64,000 nt of DNA from positions 31,689,112 through 31,753,111 of the forward strand of contig OZ316891.1 in assembly GCA_973895155.1 (NCBI GenBank). Reading direction: 5' to 3'. Position numbers and translations under genes: made by a program. The notes beneath the pieces were generated by a model. The model saw only the letters and a program-made list of their open reading frames with translations, searched no databases and was not told where the DNA came from. Below, one piece after another: positions 50,781 through 60,248 of the stretch. The DNA is from Marsupella aquatica. Taxonomy: Eukaryota > Plantae > Marchantiophyta. Every line of letters begins with the position of its first letter. Within the stretch, counting starts at the first letter, position 1.

Positions 50781-53557
50781 TGGTTCATGCCATAATCCGC
50801 TGGGGGTACCTCTGGTCCAAAGACACTTTCTTCGGTTAGGTCAGTGAGGCATTCGAGCCAACGTACTTCATCGACTGACTCCAGTCCACTATCGTACCCA
50901 TCTACTTCCCTTATGCTTTTCCTACGGTCATCCTTAGTGTCCCAGGATACCGTGATAGAGGGGGTCCCGAAAGTGAACTGCTTTTTACCCCAATCTTCTA
51001 TTACCTCGGCTAGGTACAACCATGGCCTGCCAATTAATAGCCAAAACGATGTAGGGTTTACCGGCTTCATTACTACATAGTTAATGCTAAAGAAGATACC
51101 TCCTATCTCTGTCTTGATGCCGGTTAACACTCCCGTGGGAATGACCTGATACCCATTGGCCATGTTTAGCACTCTTCCAGTCATCTCCGGTGTTAGACCC
51201 CATCCTTTTGCTGTTGAATCAATCATAATACATACCCCGGATCCTCCATCAATGGGTACCCGTAGTAATATTTCTCCTTGAATCATTAATGGTAAAGCTG
51301 GGGCTCCTTGATCTTCTTCTATCATCAGCACGTCGGATTTGGTTGCTACCTTGGGTAATCTTGGTTTGCCGAGAATCACCTTCCTTAATTGCTTCCGGAA
51401 GTACGGGCTATTTTTCAATAGTTGACCAACTGTTGCCGAGACTCTGGACTCTAGCACATCTTTAGCCAGGTCATAGGGAACAATCGGCTTCTCCTCCGGT
51501 GGTGTCTCTATCTTGGCTTCGGACTGTTTTGCCACGCTAGTTTCCACAGCTATTGGATCCTCCAAAGCAAACAACGCTTTTGCTCGTTTCATATCCTTGG
51601 CTATGGCTTCGGTATTCTCCAGGGTTTCTAATTCTCGCAGTTGTTCCTTAACACTAGCCGTAACAGAGGGGTAGAATAACTTAGGATGATCTCGATTGAA
51701 GTCGCTGTCTTGTGAAGGATTGGGTTCACTGGTGGGCTCATGGCTTACCTCTATTGCCGGAGCCCTCCCCTCTCCTTCCGTTGATGATGACGAAGAGTCG
51801 ATTTTTTCCTCCTTATCCTTCCCTTTATTTTTGGCCAGCCCATCCCATCTTTCTTTCCTTCTGGTAGATCGAGTAGAGACTCGGTAGCAATCATGATCTA
51901 AATCCTCTTCTGAGAAGGTTGATAGGGCTTCGGCCTCATCATCAGATGGTACAAACTCTGCCTCGGCATCCGCTTGCCATCCTAGTTTGATGTGGTTGAT
52001 TTGAACTCCTCCGGGGGTAGTACCTGGCGGTAAGACCTTGACTGGCAAGAGCTTATGATTTGCGGCCAGGCCTGCCAACCAAGTAGGACATTGTCCTAGC
52101 ATATGACCTTCCTGCCGGCATCCCATACATAGCTGAGCTGGTTGTCCATCACCCTGTTTGCGTGCATTCGGGCACTCTCTAGCAAAATGGCCAGGTTGAC
52201 CACAGTTATAGCATGCCGCAAATCTCTGTACATTTGGCCTAGGGGGTACTGACGGGTTCTGAATAATCCGAGGATACATCTCTCCTGGATTGTTCCTTAA
52301 TCTTGACCACAGAGATGCAGGTCTGTTGGATAGGTCTCGTGCTCCAGTCTCACTGATGCTGAAAACACTATCAGCGGCATCTCCTAAAAAGTACTCTACC
52401 TCTCCCTGACACGGTCTGATCTCGGCCACATGCTGAACATGATTAGCATTAAGTTTAGGACACGCATCTTTATGGTGTCCAGTCTTATAACATAAGGCAC
52501 ACCATACAAAGCTATCCTCCTGTACTACCTTCTTCTTCGGCTTCACCTCTGCAATTATAGCCTTAAGTTGCTCGGTAAGGGCCATGATGTTATCTGGTGT
52601 TTTAGCCTCTAGCTTGATTTTCATTTTTCTCCTCCTTCTGCCCTTCCTTTTCCTAGTTTTTTCTTCTTCAGAACTAGAAGATGACTCACTCTTGCTACTT
52701 CCACTATCCGAGCTTGAGTTATCACTTCTAGACTTCTTAGAATGTTTCTTCTTCTTATCTTTTTTCTTATGGGGCGATCCCTCCTTTGATGAGGAACTCT
52801 CAGACTTAAGCTGTTTCTTCCGGCTTGTGATATCTGCATTAATGTATAATTGAATATTCTTAATTGCCTCGGCCAAGGTCTCCGGGTTCTCCTTCCTAAT
52901 TGCAAAACTCATCTTCTGTGGCAAAGCATTCGCTAACCATTGAAGTTGCATACCTTTAGATGCATTGGTCTTTGTACGTCTTACCAACTTTTGGAAGCGT
53001 TGCAAGAACTTCCTAAAGGATTTGTTTTCCTTGAACCGAAGTCGTCCCAACTTCAGCACTGCTAACTCTAAAGTTCCAATGGGTCAAAATTCTTTGACGA
53101 ATAGTGATCTAAAAGAATTCCAAATGGCTTGATCTTCCACATCCAATGCTCTGTACCACGGCCTAGCCTCACCTTTGAACAGGCCGGGAAGAATTTGCAT
53201 CTTGATGGCCGATTCTCCATTTGCTGCAGCGGTTCCCTCGAAGTCATCCAACCATTCGTCCGGATCCTCATCTCCTCTCCCATGAAATGCCTTGTAATGA
53301 ATGCGCGATCGTTGGCTCAGTCTGGTCCCTGGCCTCTCGTCTGGCCATGCCTCTGGTTCCCCCATGTCGGTTGGAGACTCACTTCTCCTTACCGATTCTT
53401 CTTCTGGTATTTCTTCTTCAACGCCACTTCCAGTTTCGGAGCTACTAGCTCTTCCTGCCCCTCTCAGTCGCTATGTATCATGCCACCCGGCGAGCTGCTG
53501 CAGTCGAGCTCTCTCCCATTGAATCACTCTTTCTTCCCTCGGCGTAAGGTCAGTCAT
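50726..53557 (-). pseudogene. gag-protease of family A (stops at ~53472 and 53084; frameshift into pol near 50780)
   Basis: FHGRGDEDPDEWLDDFE...GEARPWY gag core; three CCHC knuckles; PIDGGSGVCIM protease and LLIGRPWL. In-frame ATG at 53557. Confidence 0.9.
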
Positions 53558-53603
53558 TACCTATGCTTCCTTTCTAACTTCATATCTCACGGCTTAAGAA
53601 ATG

Positions 53604-53622
53604 CCCCCTCCATCTAGCGCCA
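53604..53622 (-). other. Primer-binding site, tRNA-Asn(GUU)
   Basis: Minus strand ...CACA TTTT TGGCGCTAGATGGAGGGGG, 4 nt from the LTR end. One mismatch to the recalled plant tRNA-Asn 3' end. Confidence 0.8.
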
Positions 53623-53626
53623 AAAA

Positions 53627-56600
53627 TGTGGTGCGTCCCATGGCTCCCTAAACCTAGGAAACCCCCCCTGCACAAGCCGATTCCCGCAGGTTTTGCGCCT
53701 GGCGAGGCCGTTTCCGTGGCTTAGCGGCATGGGACGCTGCTAATCCCTCTTTCTACTTCTATTAACATTTTACACACATATACTGGACAGATCCTTCATC
53801 GGGTCATGAGATACGAAGCCGGCCTAAGTTAGGCCTTCCCCTGTCTTCCCCTCCTTCTGGTTAGGTATATTTGGATTCCGCCGCCGGAATGATCCCCAAT
53901 AGGCTTGGTTAAGCCGCTAAGACCTCTCTCAGCTTGACACATCCAACTCTCACTCCCCTGCTTGCTTTCCTTTACCTCTTGGTTGATGTGGGCACTCTTC
54001 ACACAAGTTAATGCGACACACAAATAGCAAAATGGCTCCTTCTGACTGAGTCATACCATGCGCTTGCCATACAAACAGTACATCTCATACACAAGCTCTA
54101 CGAACTAAGCCGTGAGGCCAACTCTATTCAGCTCTTAGGCATGAGGAAACATGAATATACACAAGGGTCACTGTATGACTAACCGAGAGCTTCTCTTACT
54201 ACTTGATCCCAGCCCAGCTGGTGCAACTAAAAACTTGCTAAAGAAGAGGCCCTGAACTCCCCGTAGCTCAGGTACTTATCCTGGCTGTGGGTCCGCCTGA
54301 TTCCTTGTAGCGTAAGCCTATCCTACCTACAGTAATCTACCTGCCTGAATCTACCTATGTACAGCAAGGCAGGAGCACAAGTGTTGCTCCTACAAGTGGA
54401 TCCAAAATCCCATACTCCAAGTGTCAGGACCGCCTCCTGGTCCTGATCCTAAGCCTAAACTTGGAGATCAGCGCCCGCCCTGCCCACTCACGCCTCCTAC
54501 CTCCACGTCCGCCCTTCCTAAAAGGAACGGCGCCCTTGCACCGTCACGACACTGGTGGTGGATCCTCAATGGACGCCCCCAACGCTCCCTCCGCAACCAC
54601 TGCCGTTGGTCCATCCTTTGACAGATTACCTGCCTCGGACGTACTGAGTCAACTTTTCATCGGCCTGACTGGGCCCACCCTCGGCTTTGGCTTCAGCTTC
54701 GACCACGGCCTCCGGTACGGCTACGGTCTCCCCGGCCTGCTCAAGAGGTGGATCTGGGATACCGGCCTTATTATTGAGAAGTTCGGCTTGGGCCGCGCCA
54801 TCCCCACCTTCGGTGATAGTGGAATCGACTGCCGTATGCATGCCGGAGGTTGGTACCGGTTTTACTACGGCTTGAGGGGTCGAATAACCTCCGGACCCCG
54901 AAGGTTTCCGCTTCTTCTTCTTCACTACCTCCACAGCCGATTCCTTCCCCTTGCCGCCAACATCCGGCACCGGGCCGTGTGTCACGGCTGGTCCTTCGGC
55001 AATTACCACTCCTAGTAACTGGTTTGCTCCAACTGGAGATGGACCTGATGCAGCTAAGCATTTAAATACTGCGGCTTGCTTCTTCAACCGCTCTGTTTGG
55101 TTGTCGGCCCGCCGCTGCAGGTTCTCCATCTTCCTTGTGATCTCCTCCAACTCCTCCTAGGTCTCATCCAGGTCTTTACGTGCCTCCTCCAGCTCGTTCT
55201 TGGCTTCCTCCAGTTCCTTGTGGGCTTCCTCCAATTCCTTCTTCGTGGTAGCCCTCTCCTCCTGGGTTGCTTTTAGCTCCTTGTCGAGCTCCGCTATGAC
55301 CTCAGACTCCATATTATTCATCTTGGCATAAGTCTGGTCGAGCTGGGCATCCTTCTCTTGCAAGTCGGCCTTGAAGCTGGCCGTCAAGGATGCAAGCTCC
55401 TGCTGTAGCGCAATAATCCCTTGATAGGATTTCCCTAACTCGGCCTCCTTCTGCTCAAGGGCTCTTCGGATGACCTTGAGCTCTCCCTTCAACGCCCTCC
55501 TCCTTCTCTGACTCTCCGCCGTGACCCGGTTGTTGGCTGCTATATGGGCCTCCTCTGCGTCTCTCAGCTCCTTCTTCCACTTCTCCCTGTCCTTGATTGC
55601 GTCGGCCAATTCTCCCTGGGTCTGAGTTAGTTTATCCTTGATAATCTGATTATCAGCCTGCGCGGTATCCAACTGCCCCTGCATGATGTTCAACTCATGC
55701 CGCTTAATCCGCAGTTCATCTTGGGCTTTCTTGGCCTCCCTTAGATCTTCAATCTTGGCTTCCATCCTCCTAAGCCGCCGGATGACCTCGTCCTTCTTGC
55801 TTCTCTCTAAAGCCACCGCTTCTTCTAATTGGTGCTTTTCCAACTGCTCCCTCTGGAAAAAGGGTCCTACCTCCAACTCCTCCCCAAAGATGCCGAGCGC
55901 AAGTTCCCCACACATCTCACCATACTCCATGGCTCTATTTTTAGCGTAGGTGGAGTAATTAGTAGGGATCGGCATTGCCCATTGCGGCCTCTGCTCCCAA
56001 GCCGTCTTGCGGATTTCTTCAATTGTGGCTAGAGGTTTGCTTCATTTTTCAGCTAGCCGCCTGATGTCCTCCGGCCAATCTCCTCCTGGCAAATTCTTTT
56101 CCCTAGCTAGGGCTGCCTTCTCTGCTTCCCTAAGTCTCTCCTGAAATTCCTGTGCCGTCTGCTTTATGCCGTCAAAGTTTGGGGGAGCAACATCTGGTGG
56201 GGGAGACTCGGGGCTACTCTGTTGGTTGGGGTCCCCTCGAACTACTCTCGGAAGTGTGGGGATGAACCGCCCACAGGTCCTTACTCCTGGAACGTGATGG
56301 TCCGACCCATAGCCGGAGTTATCATGGCTGCAGTCCTCCACTGCCTCCTCTATTGGTTGGACCTCCGGCTTCTCCCTCTCCTCTTCGCCGGTAGGAGCTT
56401 CAGGTAGTTCTGTCTCTGATTCAGAGCTAGAGACTCCCATGTACATTCGAACTCCCGGCTTGGATTCCGGCCTAATTCTCTCCTTAGTTCCGGTAAAGGG
56501 GTTTTCCCTCCTAAGTCTGCTTAGGCTGACCTCTGGGGCAGTGTCCTGTATTGGTGCCGCTGCCGAAACCGGTGCTGGTGCCGGTGCCGCCTTTTCCTTC

Positions 56601-58304
56601 TCCAGCAATTTCAGCAGATTCTGCATGCTTGGTTGCTGCATCGGCTGGTCCTCTTTCCTTGGCTTAAACACCTGCTCAATCGTAGGGCTAACGGGCGGTT
56701 GAGGCTTCTCTGCTACCGGCCTTGGTGCTGGAGCTTCCTCTGGTGCCCTTACCTGCAGGGGAAGTGCGGGGGCAAAGGTCTGACCTCTGGCATACCGGCA
56801 CAACAGCGGCATGTGATAACCAAGCCGTGATACGCTCCCCAGGCCGATTACCTGCTGCTCCTCCTTTAAGATCTTCTTCAATTGGTTGAGGAGGTACCCG
56901 TTGTAGTCCCGGGTTGGGTTTGGCCTCTCCGCCAGATAGACCTGTGCCTTGCCGATCTCTGCCCTCGGCAAGTTACAATGCATGGTCACCCGTAAGAAGT
57001 CGATCATCTCTCCTATGTGCGGGTTGGTGCAGGTGTTCCGGAAGAAGCCATTCTTCGTTGATGGCCCATGGAACGACCGGAACTCCTTGTCAGGCAAGGT
57101 CTTCCTGGTATCGACTTTGGTCTTATTGCCTATCGGCAAGCCAAATACTTCGGCAATCACCTTGGGAGTAAGATAGAAATCCTTCCCATATATCCTCATG
57201 GAATTGGTCTCGGGTTCCCATGACCCCACGAACTCTAATAGGTCTGAATCCGGCACCTCCGGCTTCAGCCATGGTAATCTTACAAAGGCCTCCAAGCTGG
57301 ATCCGGCCATGAAGCCTTGGTACTTCTTGGTTTGCATGGCCGTAAAGCATGCATCCTCCTCTCGTGCAAAATGTAGCTGCACCTCCTTCGGTAGGGTTGC
57401 CGCCCAGCCTTTCCAGGTGTCATCCCTGGTTGGAATGGCATTGATGGGATCGACCTCCTCCTCCTCGGCTTCTTCCTGCCTCCTGCTCTGCTGCTCGGCT
57501 AGCTTCTTTGGTGCCGCCAACCTCGTTCTTTTTGCCGGGGTGGCTCCTTCGTTGACGGCTCCCTTCCTCTTCATCTCGGCTGCCGTGGATGTTTCTCCTA
57601 GCACCGTTGCCTGGGTCCACCTCTCCGTGCTACCCTTCAACTCCCAGTGGATGTCGTTGCAGTTCTTGATGGCCTCCCGTATGCCGACGATTCTGTCCTT
57701 GCAAAACAGAAGATCGTCGAGCTGATTGGAAGTAGGAGTCCACAAGAACTCGGCCTTGATGAGTTCGCCTCCTAAGAAAGCCGTCTTCTGCAGCTCCCAC
57801 AATCGAGCAAGCTCGTGTCGTTCTCGAGCTGCCCTTTCTGATTCTTCGTCCTCGTAAGTCTTGATGTACTCACTTGCCCGTTCGAACAAGCATCCCCAGA
57901 AATGTGTCGCTTGATTGATGTTGATCATACCCTCCTTAGGTCGATCGTCGGTATCTGCTCTCTCCCCGAGTGCTTGCCTAAGCAGCTGACAGTAGTTGGC
58001 CTCCCGTAGTCGTCTGCTAAGTTTGTGCTCGCAAATGAGCCACCATTCCCTGCAAGCACTCCTTACCCCTCTCCTCCTCTGGTCCTTCCTTCCGTTGATC
58101 CTTCCTAGCCACCGATGCTTAGCGCGCCCTAACCCTAATCGTGTTTTCACCCCCAGCGTCCTTACCTCCGGCCTCGGCCTGGGTTCCATAGTCGCCCTTA
58201 ATTGTTTATATTTTCCTTGTTTTGTCCCTAGACTAAGGTGTTTCTTGGGTGCATTCCTGCTTTACCCACTTAACTGGCTGAGTGATTCCTGGCTAGGCAT
58301 CACA
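53627..58304 (-). repeat. 5' LTR of family A, uninterrupted, 4678 bp
   Basis: TGTGGTGC...GCATCACA termini (imperfect inverted repeat). Homology to the left copy starts and stops exactly at these ends. Confidence 0.92.
54626..58189 (-). pseudogene. LTR-encoded accessory protein, ancestrally ~1187 aa (plant-transposon/ATHILA-ORF1-like domain, Pro/Glu-rich linker, long coiled coil)
   Basis: ORFs 56042-58189, 55157-55975 and 54626-55150 are one frame. The TAG at 55157 is CAA in the other LTR (~35281), and the TGA at 46925 in the left LTR is CGA in this one. Confidence 0.85.
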
Positions 58305-59113
58305 GGGCCCCTGGTTCTGTCCTATTCCATCAACAAGGTACGTTGTCATTCGAGTTACCTCATCTCAATTTCCTTTGCTTTTCTGGATTTTTTGTCCAGT
58401 CTAACGACAGGGATTGTGTGTTGCTCAGGTAAGTAACACAGGGCTAGTTGTTACATGTCCATTTTGCATTTCCTTTAGAGCTCTTGCATGCGTTGCTGTG
58501 CAGGAATGCTCGACTTCAAGGAGACCCCAGGGAAGTGATGCCCTTGGTGGTGCTGGAATTGGTCCCCAGCAGTCTAGCGCTCCTTGAAGGAGAGGCAGGT
58601 TGCCTGGGAGGGGGGGCTTGGAGTTGGCAGCCAAGTGCAATCCAGTTTAGAGCCTGGTCATAGGGTTGGGTGGTCCGGGAGACAATTCCAATAAAATATT
58701 GAGTCATCGGCTGAGCGAGTCAGTAAGGAAATTCTGACTTGGCCAACTGTGTTCGAGTGGAGGGAATTGGAGTGGTGGGCCTGACCCTGACTGCACATGG
58801 CTGAAGCACAAGTCCTGCATGTGCAGATCCCAATCTCTCTTGTGCTTACGTTGACACTGGAGTCCTTGCCACCAAAGGGTTCGTCCCTTCCCACCCGAAA
58901 TTACTCGGAGAAAGTTACAATGAATATTTCAAGCCAATGACCAGGAGAAATGGCCGGGATGGGCAAGGCCCTCTTGGTATTGGTCCAGTGAAGGTGGTCT
59001 CCCAAGCAATGGTCCAAGATTCATGCCTGCCCATTTTTTATACTAGCAATTCAACTTTGGTTCTGGAGCAAGGTTTGCGTTCCCTCACTCAGTTTGCGGG
59101 TCTTTAATAGGCC

Positions 59114-59863
59114 ATGTTGGAGATTCACATATACCTCCCGGAAATGGACCCATACTACTGGGGCGATGGGGCCCTTCTGAATCAGCTGAAGAGGCTGGAT
59201 TCGAGTCTTATCTTGCGTATTTTTAAATTAATTGTGCAGGCATCCGACTTGAACCAATATCATTTTTACTTAGATGAGCAGGAAGGGGTTATTTATATTC
59301 AGTGGGACAGATATGTTTGTTGGTGTAATCGCTTAGTTCTCCTTCTTCTGAAGACTGGTGCAGTGAGGCGTCTGATTCTCCACTGCTACCATGTAGTAGA
59401 TGGCAATCCCTTGTATGATCCAAACTTTTATGCTGCCAATAGAAGTGGAGCATTCGATGAGATCCAAGATATCATTGATGATCTCCCAGATCCTCTTGCC
59501 ACAAAGTTCCTCATTGACAGTGGTGGGAAACTTCATTCCTATCGGAGCCGTGAACTACCTCCTAGACCTCTATGTAGGTTCTTCAAGATGATCTATAGCA
59601 CTGGTCTGTGGACTAGTGTGCTAGCAAATGGGGAGGCATGCACTTGCTGCGTTAATGCTTGCTGTGACATTCCGTCACGTAGGTATTCGGTAGCAGTAGT
59701 GGATCCCGCTACCGGAGTGGTGGACTTTCATTGGTTGTGGGCTTATGATCATACGGTCACCCATATCCCTCATTGGCCCAAGAAGCATATATTGCGATTT
59801 GATGTAGCGCGGTTTGATACTGATACAGAGCCTGAAGATAGTGAGGATGAGATCTTAGTGTAG
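59114..59863 (+). CDS. Orphan 249-aa protein with Cys cluster (CTCCVNACC) and acidic tail
   Basis: Intact ATG-to-TAG ORF with globular-looking composition. No family recognised. Confidence 0.5.
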   Translation: MLEIHIYLPEMDPYYWGDGALLNQLKRLDSSLILRIFKLIVQASDLNQYHFYLDEQEGVIYIQWDRYVCWCNRLVLLLLKTGAVRRLILHCYHVVDGNPLYDPNFYAANRSGAFDEIQDIIDDLPDPLATKFLIDSGGKLHSYRSRELPPRPLCRFFKMIYSTGLWTSVLANGEACTCCVNACCDIPSRRYSVAVVDPATGVVDFHWLWAYDHTVTHIPHWPKKHILRFDVARFDTDTEPEDSEDEILV

Positions 59864-60248
59864 AGGTGCTGTAGTTCACCATCCTTCATTTTGAGACATT
59901 TTCAGACTGCACAATTTTGTACTTTTAAAGTCTTCACCTGTAGAGACTTTCATTCCAGTGGACATCATTTGCATTGTATTCCCTGATGCTGTGCCTATCA
60001 TTTTCATGTGCCATGCTATCATTTTGTTGGCTTTGTCTGTATTTTTCCACGGGAAGTAATGATAAAACCACAGACTTGGTAACTTGCGGTTTAGAATGCA
60101 AGCCAGTTTAAGAAGGCAAACCCGTGTTACTAAACCGTCAACCGCAAGTATAGGTTTCCTATGTCTCCGAACTGAACTTCCTGTGTGAAGAGGTTGAAGT
60201 GATGTTGTCATTGCTGGATTGTTTGCAGGGAAGAATTGTCATGTTCTT

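Larger units (their letters stand above)
33765..58304 (-). mobile_element. Non-chromovirus Ty3/gypsy retrotransposon (family A) with ~4.7-kb ORF-bearing LTRs and nested insertions
   Basis: Direct repeats with TG...CA ends, PBS next to one LTR and PPT next to the other. Domain order gag-PR-RT-RH-INT; FAWSHQDLKGVDP RT N-terminus; no chromodomain after the integrase. Confidence 0.93.

Noticed and set aside
50726-50800. Programmed ribosomal frameshift between protease and RT
   Set aside because: No clear slippery heptamer, and the element has many other lesions. A mutation is more likely; this needs other copies to settle.
54626-56040. Coiled-coil ORF as a captured myosin/tropomyosin/SMC gene or a retroviral env
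   Set aside because: Heptad repeats are generic, the ORF is in frame with the LTR accessory ORF, and no signal peptide or transmembrane anchor is visible.
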